A DNA stretch of 26,273 nt from a virus (taxonomy: Duplodnaviria > Caudoviricetes): positions 1-26,273 of IMG/VR virus record IMGVR_UViG_3300035148_000226. The stretch is one strand, 5' to 3'. Shown piece by piece: positions 16,732 to 24,803 of the stretch. The position numbers and the translations under genes were made by a program. The notes below the pieces were generated by a model, which saw only the letters and a list, made by a program, of their open reading frames with translations, made no database searches and was not told the origin of the DNA. How positions within the stretch are numbered: position 1 is the first letter of the stretch; each line of letters starts with the position of its first letter.

Positions 16732-17832
16732 TCATTCCCATGCTGTTACAGAATCGTGTTGTTGCTTGATGTTATTGACACGCATAAACTTGCTGTTTAC
16801 AAACTTTCGTTTGCCATCCAAAGCTTGTGCAATTTCACTTACTAATGTTTGAGTTGTCTGAACTGGCACATTTTGAAAGATGTGATTAACATACTTCAAT
16901 GGCAACTCTTCGTAATTCTTTGGCAACCCCATCATTGACATTAGTTCACGGACAGAAAGATAACGATCTTCATGAGGAGACAGCATATAAGCAATTGACC
17001 TCCACATTAAAGCGTTACTATGATCATTAACAAATGTTGGTGATATTGCCATTACATTTTTGTACTTAACTCTATCAAAGAGTTTAGTGTATTTAGCAGT
17101 TTTGTACTTAGCATCGCCCCATCCTAAATTCAAAGCAAGTCTGAATGCTGAACGTGGGCCATCAGTAACAGCTTCTTTATACAGATTAGCTCTACTGCCA
17201 AAATGTTTATATAGCTTATTCACTAATTCATCATCACTTCCTTTACCATTGAATACGTATTGCTTCTTGCCATGCTCAACTTTCCACTTATTCAATGGAA
17301 CATAGGGTTCATTAATCCACTTCAACTCTGGTAATTGTTTACCTTTCCATAATATAACAAATGTACGCTTACGATTCTGAGGTAAGCCATGCAATATTGA
17401 AGTTGTTTTGTACAATTGCATTGAGTACCCATACTTCTTTATCAAAGGAAAGAATCGTTTTGAAAATTCTATGCCACCTTCAGTATAAAGCAATGGCGCA
17501 TTTTCTATAAGAATGACTTGAGTCTTAGATTGCATACCAAACTCAGCTACATTTAACATGTGAATGTTCTGTGGTGCAGCGCAACTCATTCCAGTATTTG
17601 CTGACGATAATCCAGAACATGGCGGAGTACAAGTAATTATGTCTACCTTAGGCAATCTTGGTATTCCATTATCTACAGTATGATACGGAATATCAGGAAA
17701 ATATGATTTACACCATTTATCGTTTTCTGCAAAAGCTTCCCAACTCGCTAAATATGTCGGCTTCGCTTTTAACGCGTTAGTTGCTCCAATCGCTTGTCCG
17801 CCTGCTAGCGGTATGATGTGTGCGTGTTTCAT
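16732..17832 (-). CDS. C5-cytosine DNA methyltransferase-fold protein with atypical motifs I and X
   Basis: Motif IV PPCSGLS, VI IENA, VIII PQNRKRTF, IX RYLSVREL..MGLP; motif I IPLAGG; motif X FQNVPV. Confidence 0.85.
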   Translation of the reverse strand: MKHAHIIPLAGGQAIGATNALKAKPTYLASWEAFAENDKWCKSYFPDIPYHTVDNGIPRLPKVDIITCTPPCSGLSSANTGMSCAAPQNIHMLNVAEFGMQSKTQVILIENAPLLYTEGGIEFSKRFFPLIKKYGYSMQLYKTTSILHGLPQNRKRTFVILWKGKQLPELKWINEPYVPLNKWKVEHGKKQYVFNGKGSDDELVNKLYKHFGSRANLYKEAVTDGPRSAFRLALNLGWGDAKYKTAKYTKLFDRVKYKNVMAISPTFVNDHSNALMWRSIAYMLSPHEDRYLSVRELMSMMGLPKNYEELPLKYVNHIFQNVPVQTTQTLVSEIAQALDGKRKFVNSKFMRVNNIKQQHDSVTAWE

Positions 17833-17886
17833 GTATGAGGTTGTTTAAAATTAAACTTTTTAATCGACAACTAAAAATAGATATGC

Positions 17887-17922
17887 TTTACCACCTTTAC
17901 CACCTTTACCACCTTTACCACC
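17887..17922 (+). repeat. 4 perfect tandem copies of TTTACCACC
   Basis: Copies start at 17887, 17896, 17905 and 17914. Confidence 0.97.
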
Positions 17923-17929
17923 TACATAA

Positions 17930-17942
17930 TTATATAATACTA
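17930..17942 (-). promoter_or_regulatory. Repeated 13-mer TAGTATTATATAA (copy 2), candidate phage promoter
   Basis: Intergenic, upstream of the C5-MTase gene; identical to 16706-16718. Confidence 0.4.
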
Positions 17943-18017
17943 TTAAAGGAAAATGCAGTATATTTTTACATACTGTCTTGCTATTTATCTATTACTAAAT
18001 ATTTATTTTTATAAGCA

Positions 18018-18053
18018 GGTGGTAATGGTGGTAAAGGTGGTAAAGGTTGTTAT
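18018..18053 (-). repeat. Inverted array of the same 9-mer (GGTGGTAAA on +): 2 perfect, 1 single-mismatch, 1 degenerate
   Basis: GGTGGTAAT, GGTGGTAAA, GGTGGTAAA, GGTTGTTAT. Confidence 0.93.
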
Positions 18054-20065
18054 TTACAGTAGCGTTTTACTGTTGGCCGCGATACGCCAGTAATCTTAGC
18101 AGTTTTGCTAAAGCTTTTACACTCATCGTATATTGACTTTATGAACTCGATGTTCTTTTTACTTAATGCAACACCGTTCTTTAACTCACTAATCTTACCA
18201 ATGTTTATTAAACGTGCAGTTTCTACTTGCTCATTAAGAATTGAGTCTCCACGCCAGTTCACCTTTGAATCTTGAAACGATTCTATAAAGTGAAATGACC
18301 TATACATATAGATCATTTGCTCCTCAATCATTTCCTTTGTCACATTGAACTGTGCTTCTTTTCTTGAGCCTTGCATCCAAAGTTTAACTGCTGCTCTTTT
18401 GATGCACTCCCTTATGCCCCGATCAACTAAATCAAACAGTATGTAATCTTCATACTCAGTTTTCAGTTTTATCTTTATGTCCTTTACAAACTGTTTGTCA
18501 TATTTTACTAATATGCTTTCTTGTGCACCAGTGCAAACATTCTTTATCATCTCAGAATCGATATACGTTTCTAATTTTGGTATGTTATACTTCTTATCAG
18601 TTATTTGACTACCAATTTCAACAAACGTAAGCCTACCAACCAAGCCATTCGAAACTTTATCTCTGAAATAGCTTACAATGTGGTCAGGTGTTCCACCAAT
18701 TAGCATAGCAACTTTAGCATTTTCTATTTCAAACATAGTTTTGCCAAACGTATCTTGCCTCTTTAACGATTTGCTTACCAATTCACCTTCCACCAATTGT
18801 AATAGTGTTCCCAATAAAGAAGCATTATGCTTTGCACCCACTGCTGCTGATGCTACACTTATTTCAGTTGTGTGAACTATGCACCTGTCATACTCTGATA
18901 ATGATGCAAGTAAAGCAGCTTCCGAGCCCTGAAAAGACCAGTCAATAAAGATATGTGGCAAAACTTTCTCTGCCTTTTTGATTTCAATAACTTCATTGTC
19001 CGGCACTTGCTTTATTTTGCTTACACCCGTGTACCTATCTAACGCTTCATTACGAAGGTCGGGTATGATTGGCTTTGCTATCTTATGTAGCTGTGTAACA
19101 ACATTATTAAGCTTACCTTTGCCTGAAGATGATTTGCCAACTAATACGATACTGTTGTTCACTGATATGCGTTCACCAAAGTAATCTATTTGCAATGGTA
19201 AGAATGCGCTTAATGCAGCTTGTACCATTAAGAATACTTGGTCATCTTCATTACAATAAACAGTTTCAGTTTCAGCTGCTTCAATCTTCTCTGGCTTAAC
19301 AACTATCACTGAAGACTTTATGTTCTTTATTGTTGGCGGGAACTCATATTGCTTTTCCCATTTATCATAGTATACTTCCCTTAACTTTGAAGTCTTTAAT
19401 GATACACTGTTATACAAAAGAGTTTCCATTTCAGCAACAACATCATCATGTGATTTACTTTTATTGCGTAACCATGAGTACACCGACAATGCCATGTCAT
19501 TATCAAGACCAACTAACTTATTCTTTGCATTAATGTAATAGTCTTCAGCACTTGATACAGTAGCTTCTTTGCTTGCTGTCGTTACAATATAACACTGTGC
19601 ATCCCAGTTTACTTTTATATGCTTATCGTAAGAGACATACCTACAACGATCATTATGAATTTGCCCCTCATTTGCTGGCATATCTAACTCACCTTGAATT
19701 AGTTTTCTATATGCAGCATATCGTTCATTAGGCATATCAGGCAAACGAAGTATTAGTGCATACCCTTTGCCCGACACAGACTCAAAGAACGCAAATACAA
19801 ATGGCTTTAGCTTCTCTGGTATCTTATTGCTTTCCCAGTCAACAACCATAAGCGGTAAATGATGAAGCCACACTGCATCCATACCGAGCTTATGTTTGCT
19901 ATACTTAGCATTGTCGAGTGGGTTAAACAATGTACGAGCCTTGAGTACTTGATTTTTCCATTTGCCATTCTTTACTCCATCAAAGAATGCACTCAATTCT
20001 ATTTGCTGTTTGAGTTTCTTCCTTGGAGTAGTTGATTTGCCAATAAATACTTTTTCTTTCATCAT
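18050..20065 (-). CDS. Primase-helicase-like protein (BT4734/VirE-N-like domain, DUF3987-like P-loop ATPase, C-terminal HTH)
   Basis: VKNGKWK..V...R, FESVSGKG and RCRYVSYD (VirE-N-like); Walker A LVGKSSSGKG; IGGTP and NGLVGRL.F (DUF3987-like); SFSKTAKITGVSRPTVKRY HTH. Confidence 0.75.
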   Translation of the reverse strand: MMKEKVFIGKSTTPRKKLKQQIELSAFFDGVKNGKWKNQVLKARTLFNPLDNAKYSKHKLGMDAVWLHHLPLMVVDWESNKIPEKLKPFVFAFFESVSGKGYALILRLPDMPNERYAAYRKLIQGELDMPANEGQIHNDRCRYVSYDKHIKVNWDAQCYIVTTASKEATVSSAEDYYINAKNKLVGLDNDMALSVYSWLRNKSKSHDDVVAEMETLLYNSVSLKTSKLREVYYDKWEKQYEFPPTIKNIKSSVIVVKPEKIEAAETETVYCNEDDQVFLMVQAALSAFLPLQIDYFGERISVNNSIVLVGKSSSGKGKLNNVVTQLHKIAKPIIPDLRNEALDRYTGVSKIKQVPDNEVIEIKKAEKVLPHIFIDWSFQGSEAALLASLSEYDRCIVHTTEISVASAAVGAKHNASLLGTLLQLVEGELVSKSLKRQDTFGKTMFEIENAKVAMLIGGTPDHIVSYFRDKVSNGLVGRLTFVEIGSQITDKKYNIPKLETYIDSEMIKNVCTGAQESILVKYDKQFVKDIKIKLKTEYEDYILFDLVDRGIRECIKRAAVKLWMQGSRKEAQFNVTKEMIEEQMIYMYRSFHFIESFQDSKVNWRGDSILNEQVETARLINIGKISELKNGVALSKKNIEFIKSIYDECKSFSKTAKITGVSRPTVKRYCK

Positions 20066-20391
20066 ACCTTCATGTACTTGTTTAAGTTGTTCTTAGCTCT
20101 AGTAAACTTTTTCTGATATCGTAAATTAGCTATTTCAACTGCTTCATTCATTGAAGTACCAGACTTAAGTTGCCTTGTTACATACACATCAATCAATCTC
20201 TCAAGATGATCAACGTATGCTTTCAATCCCTCGTACTTCAAATTGCTAAAGTACTCTGAATGCGTAACAATCTTGCCCATTAAGAACTTATCCTTTATTG
20301 GCTTACCATCTGGGCTTAAAGTGATTGGCCCAGAAACGTGAAATGGCTTTATCAAATAGATATCCCTTTCTCTGTCTATTACTTTTTTCAT
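20062..20391 (-). CDS. Hypothetical protein
   Basis: ATG at 20391 gives ATGA overlaps at both ends. Confidence 0.7.
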   Translation of the reverse strand: MKKVIDRERDIYLIKPFHVSGPITLSPDGKPIKDKFLMGKIVTHSEYFSNLKYEGLKAYVDHLERLIDVYVTRQLKSGTSMNEAVEIANLRYQKKFTRAKNNLNKYMKV

Positions 20392-20576
20392 TTCAATATC
20401 TTGATTATTTGTTTCCAAGCTTTTTGTAGGTCGCCTTTGAACACCTTTACTTCACCATCAATTGTAAGTGTTAACCCAGTGATGAGTTTAGTTTTATTGT
20501 CAACAGTTGCATCAATGCAATTTTTACTACTCTTTGATGAGTAGGTTGTTTTGTTAGTTTGTGCGCTAATCTTCAT
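20388..20576 (-). CDS. Hypothetical protein
   Basis: 62 aa with A-rich initiation region AAACAAAATCAT-ATG. Confidence 0.65.
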   Translation of the reverse strand: MKISAQTNKTTYSSKSSKNCIDATVDNKTKLITGLTLTIDGEVKVFKGDLQKAWKQIIKILK

Positions 20577-20698
20577 ATGATTTTGTTTAAAGTTTCACAT
20601 TGCTATATCACGTAATTACATGTTTTCTTGCACGACATACGCATGCAAGAAATACTAGAATGGGACGAAGCCCAGCAGGATTGGTAGTCCATAGTAAA

Positions 20699-21331
20699 TT
20701 ACATTCTTATTGCTGGCTGCATGTCGCCACTGAATATCAATCCGTTTTTACGATCAATACCAGATGGGTGATTTTCCATGTTAAAGTCAACAAGTTGTGT
20801 ATCTATTTTCCAATCATACTTCTTAAACAATGCAATCCAAAAGCCATGCCATTGACAATTGATATGCCCTGAACCAATCTGCCCAGGTGTTGCAGCAGTA
20901 AAGTATACTACCTTGCAATTACGAACTATGTTTCTTACAAGCGTATCACTGTACTTAAAGTTAAGATGCTCAGCTACCTCACGGCACCATATCATATCAA
21001 CACCACCTTTTACTTTAATGTTGTTACGAATATCTATTGCCATGAATTTGCTTTTATCAAATAGCAATGAAGGTATAATCTTTTCACTGCCATCAATTGC
21101 AATTACATCAATGCCAAGCTTTAGCATATTCACTGTATCAACTCCGAGTCCGCATCCCATGTCCAAAGCAGTTTTTACTTTGTACTTTTTAATTATCTGA
21201 GACATCGTTCTTGTGTATGGATTGCGTGGCATCTTTTGCCGTGCATATCTTTCAACGTCTTCAAATATTGTGTGATCAACTTTAACCTCCACATCATTGT
21301 ATGGTGTTACTTTTACTTTGCTTCTTTCCAT
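20699..21331 (-). CDS. Class I SAM-dependent methyltransferase (small-molecule/glycan type, not a DNA MTase)
   Basis: ALDMGCGLG, IAIDGS, DMIWCREVAEHL, FTAATPGQ.G.GHINCQ...FW; no DPPY or PC motif. Confidence 0.85.
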   Translation of the reverse strand: MERSKVKVTPYNDVEVKVDHTIFEDVERYARQKMPRNPYTRTMSQIIKKYKVKTALDMGCGLGVDTVNMLKLGIDVIAIDGSEKIIPSLLFDKSKFMAIDIRNNIKVKGGVDMIWCREVAEHLNFKYSDTLVRNIVRNCKVVYFTAATPGQIGSGHINCQWHGFWIALFKKYDWKIDTQLVDFNMENHPSGIDRKNGLIFSGDMQPAIRM

Positions 21332-22944
21332 GTTTTTACAAGTTTAGGTGTTGTACGTACTAAGTTATATTTCAAAATGTCAAATGCTGCTTTATTCATT
21401 ATGTTTTGTTTTACAGTAACCCATTGCTTTGCATAATTGTTTTTAACCTCAGTTATGATTTCATCATGGATGCATGTGACTATCTTTACTGGTAACTTAT
21501 GTTCGTAAATGTGTTCGTATAATCTTACCAAAGATAGCTTTAACATATCAGCAGCAGTTCCCTGTATGGGAGTGTTCTTTGCTTTATTACGCTTTTGCCA
21601 ATCCTCACCATCGAGTATTCGTAAACGATTGTAAGGAGCAAAAGAACTAATCTTACCTTCACGTATTCCAATGGCTCCATTCTTTTCAAGCCACCGAGTT
21701 AGTTTTGGCACAGACAGCTTATACTTTCTTACAATGCTCTCTGCTTTTGATAAAGGTAAATTAGATTTTTCTGCAAATGCTTTAACACCTTGCCCGTAAG
21801 CTAATCCAAAGTTTAAGTCTTTTGCTAACCTACGTAATTCAGGTTTAAAGTCTTCACCAAAGATTAGTTTAGCCATGTGAGAATGTAAGTCACCTCCACT
21901 TTCCATTACTTTAATCCATGAAGGTTCGTTACTCCCAGCTGCCATGATACCAAGCTCCTGGCCTGAAAAGTCTGCAACACATAAGGTATATCCCTTTGCT
22001 GCAATAAAAGCTTCACGGTGGTCACCAGTTGCTGGCAATTGTTGCATATTAGGATTGCTTGAGCTGTAACGCCCAGTATCAATTATCTGATTGAAGTTAC
22101 ATCTTACTCTGCCATCACTGTCAACTGTACTTTCAGTTTCATGCTTATCACGCCAAAGCCAAGACTTACCATAACTCGTTACTGACTTATAGTATTCCCT
22201 CATCAATATGAATTGATCTAAACGTTTGTCTTTGCCTTTCATATCAGGCAACTCTTCAAATGATTTTAGACCGAGATGTTTGAACTCCTCTTTAACTTGC
22301 TTAGGTGAGTTCCAATTTATAGTGTTGCCTAGTTTTTTCAATTGCTTATTGTAAACTGCTTCATTAGCATTAGCAATTTCTAACCAACGTTCAGTATCAA
22401 ATTGAAACCCATTGTATCGCATTTCAGAAGTTGCTTCAACACATCGCATCTCTAAGTCTAACACCTCTAACATCTCAAGTTGTTTAAGGGAACTATATTG
22501 CAATAGTGCAAGCTTATGAAGATACTTAACATCATTCTTTGCATACTCAATATACTCCTTTGTTATTGGAGCATTATGTTCTACATCTTTATTGAGATTA
22601 GCAAGTTCATGGCGAGTTAAAGTATCTTTTAATGAAGCTGATATTCCCATGCGTCCAGCAATCAATAGCTTTTCAGCTAACATAGTATCAAACACATTAC
22701 GTATATGAATACCAGTTTGAAGTCTAATGAACGGCACATCAAATGCAGCATTATGAATTATCTTCATTACAGAATCATCAGTAAGTATGTTCTTTATTTT
22801 GTTGCAATCGTAATCAACAACTGGGAACTTTCCTTTGAAACTATAAGCCACTAATCTAATTTTGCCACTGAATATGTTAAGCCCATCAGTTTCAATATCT
22901 AATGCAATAGCATTCTTAATACTTTTTTCCGATATGGTTGTCAT
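21313..22944 (-). CDS. polA: Family A DNA polymerase with 3'-5' exonuclease
   Basis: ExoI DIET, ExoII HNAAFD, ExoIII YAKND; TGRYSSSNPNMQQLP, motif A DFSGQEL, motif B RRLAKDLNFGLAYG, NTPIQGTAAD, motif C IHDE. Confidence 0.95.
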   Translation of the reverse strand: MTTISEKSIKNAIALDIETDGLNIFSGKIRLVAYSFKGKFPVVDYDCNKIKNILTDDSVMKIIHNAAFDVPFIRLQTGIHIRNVFDTMLAEKLLIAGRMGISASLKDTLTRHELANLNKDVEHNAPITKEYIEYAKNDVKYLHKLALLQYSSLKQLEMLEVLDLEMRCVEATSEMRYNGFQFDTERWLEIANANEAVYNKQLKKLGNTINWNSPKQVKEEFKHLGLKSFEELPDMKGKDKRLDQFILMREYYKSVTSYGKSWLWRDKHETESTVDSDGRVRCNFNQIIDTGRYSSSNPNMQQLPATGDHREAFIAAKGYTLCVADFSGQELGIMAAGSNEPSWIKVMESGGDLHSHMAKLIFGEDFKPELRRLAKDLNFGLAYGQGVKAFAEKSNLPLSKAESIVRKYKLSVPKLTRWLEKNGAIGIREGKISSFAPYNRLRILDGEDWQKRNKAKNTPIQGTAADMLKLSLVRLYEHIYEHKLPVKIVTCIHDEIITEVKNNYAKQWVTVKQNIMNKAAFDILKYNLVRTTPKLVKTWKEAK

Positions 22945-23560
22945 ATATGTGTAGGTTAGTTATGAAGTAATGCATTGTGCCTGGTATCAAACCTAATTCT
23001 TTAGCACAGTCTTCTAATAATTTACTGAAACAATATTGGTCATTGCAAAAACCAAATACTAAATCAACAGACCGAGCAAAGATAGTAATGTATAATGTGT
23101 TACTAATAGTAAAAAAGTTAAGCACAACATTACACGGCGTATCTTTTCTGTACAAATCATTTGAAGCTTCATCAGGTGAGTAGTGCGCAACAATTGACCT
23201 ACGTGTAAAAGGATCTTTACGTAATAAGTCTAATGCATAACCAAGTTGATTGTTACGAATCCACCAAGCACCGTAATTGCTATTCACATAACCAGAGTCA
23301 TCTTTCATTTTTGACCAAAGCTTTGCTCCAGCTTCAATCATAGTATCTGGATTACGATCACCTGACTTATACCACTCGTATTCTTTTTGAGCATAAGTAT
23401 GTTTGAAACCTCTATTGTCATTCACAATAATATTGTAATGTGGTCTCATTAAAGTAAATGACACATTGAATATTGCTAATGTGTTTTGTCTAATGATGCC
23501 CTCATCTTCTATCTTTTTTGCTAAAGCTTCGTAAGCTTCATTTGCTGAGTAGTACTTCAT
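22916..23560 (-). CDS. Thymidylate-synthase-fold enzyme, dCMP hydroxymethylase-like (T4 gp42-like)
   Basis: EYEWY.S, VNSNYG, DPFTRR, DTPC (catalytic Cys), RSVDLVFGFCND with Asp at the position of T4 gp42 D179 / E. coli ThyA N177, NLHIY. Confidence 0.85.
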   Translation of the reverse strand: MKYYSANEAYEALAKKIEDEGIIRQNTLAIFNVSFTLMRPHYNIIVNDNRGFKHTYAQKEYEWYKSGDRNPDTMIEAGAKLWSKMKDDSGYVNSNYGAWWIRNNQLGYALDLLRKDPFTRRSIVAHYSPDEASNDLYRKDTPCNVVLNFFTISNTLYITIFARSVDLVFGFCNDQYCFSKLLEDCAKELGLIPGTMHYFITNLHIYDNHIGKKY

Positions 23561-24480
23561 TTTTTTATCTGTTTCATTTTAGTTAAGTCAAACTTTATGT
23601 TCTTAAATTCACTTTTAAGTTCAGCCAACATTTTACGTTGAAGGTTGATATACTTAGTGTGATTACGTTTAACTCTTTCAACATCATCCATGAAAGTATC
23701 TGGAGATGTGATAAGCTCTTTTGGATATGGAAATCCAAAGCGGTGAGATACTAATCCAATTGTTGTTGTGAACCAAGGTTCGTAACACCGTGTTGTGATT
23801 TGACTTTTACTGTAATGAATTTTTTCATCACCAATAATAGGTGTTGCATAAGCTTTATTAATTAATGGCCACATATTTTTATTGTAAGGTAGCCATTCAT
23901 AATACTCATGTTCATAACCAACAATTAAAACTTTGCTTCTTTCAATAGGGTCAAGGTAAGTTGCTAATTGTTCTTGGCGTTTTGAGTCTCTACGATTTCC
24001 AAAGTACACAACATCAAATTGTTTTTTCTTATTGTCTAACAAAGGAATATCTTTATTAGCATAATAGAACTTAAGAAAATCTGTTTGATAGTTATAAAGG
24101 TATTCACAGTTGCATAGCTTATCTAATGCTTTCTTTGAGCCAGGTATCTTACGATCTTGCTCAAGTTGCTTAGGCATAAGCTTTGGGTCAGTGATATACA
24201 CAATAACTCTTTCAGCTTTGTTAATTAGCTCAACCATTTTGAAAGCTGTTTGTTTTGGTACACCACCATAAAAGTTTAAGTTGGGGTTTACTAAAACCAA
24301 CTCATCAACTTTAGTAACATCATACATAGAAATTCTACGGTCTGATATCAAATCAAACTTTTCATTATCAGAAAGTATTGGTGCATCCATATATTCTCCT
24401 AATGATGCAAATAGAAATCCACCAATGTTGTGGCCGAGAGTATCAATGCTCAATCTGCCAATTGCGCGTTTTAGTTTCAT
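23557..24480 (-). CDS. DNA beta-glucosyltransferase homologue (T4 BGT-like, GT-B fold)
   Basis: Colinear motifs against the recalled T4 BGT sequence: DELVLVNPNLNFYGG (DRLIVVNSSINFFGG), YITDPKL (LFTDIRL), FDVVYFGNRRDSKRQ (LDVIYGGSFRSGQRE), IIGDE...ITTRCYE (IIGDK...ITLRVWE). Confidence 0.85.
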   Translation of the reverse strand: MKLKRAIGRLSIDTLGHNIGGFLFASLGEYMDAPILSDNEKFDLISDRRISMYDVTKVDELVLVNPNLNFYGGVPKQTAFKMVELINKAERVIVYITDPKLMPKQLEQDRKIPGSKKALDKLCNCEYLYNYQTDFLKFYYANKDIPLLDNKKKQFDVVYFGNRRDSKRQEQLATYLDPIERSKVLIVGYEHEYYEWLPYNKNMWPLINKAYATPIIGDEKIHYSKSQITTRCYEPWFTTTIGLVSHRFGFPYPKELITSPDTFMDDVERVKRNHTKYINLQRKMLAELKSEFKNIKFDLTKMKQIKK

Positions 24481-24803
24481 TTTGTTTTGTTTATGTAATT
24501 GTTTAATCCTTCAGTATAACCAATAATGTCGACCAAAGTATCGAAGTTACTATGGGCGTGTAAGCGAGATAGCTTTAATGCTAACATCAGTTTAAATGCA
24601 TCTTCAGTTGTGATGTCTTTACCAATAAGCACAGTAGCAATCTTTGCCATTCTTTCCATTGAGTCATTAAAGCCACCATGAGTTTTATCACGGTCACCAG
24701 CTCTAACGTTTACAATCTCATTTGCTTTCTTTATTGCAGATTGTTTTGACAACTTCAAGTAAAAACTTGAGTTCTTTTTCTTGTTGTTTTGTTTCTTTTT
24801 CAT
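24477..24803 (-). CDS. DUF6378-like all-alpha protein (possible nucleotide pyrophosphohydrolase)
   Basis: A.EIV....DR...HG....SM.R.A.IA...MLALKLSR......D.LVDI.GY pattern; start uncertain (86-nt overlap upstream). Confidence 0.7.
   Translation of the reverse strand: MKKKQNNKKKNSSFYLKLSKQSAIKKANEIVNVRAGDRDKTHGGFNDSMERMAKIATVLIGKDITTEDAFKLMLALKLSRLHAHSNFDTLVDIIGYTEGLNNYINKTK

Noticed and set aside
17820-18014. Plus-strand 64-aa ORF with HLYHLYHLYHLH
   Set aside because: It is the translation of the 9-bp repeat, antisense to all other genes and within the candidate origin.
17887-18053. CRISPR array or transposon ends
   Set aside because: Repeats are 9 bp with no spacers; no cas or transposase gene is present.
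20699-21331. DNA adenine or cytosine methyltransferase
   Set aside because: No DPPY/NPPY or PC catalytic motif.
22916-23560. Ordinary thymidylate synthase (thyA)
   Set aside because: Asp replaces the dUMP-specifying Asn, the NSNYG motif is gp42-like, and the gene is coupled to a BGT homologue.
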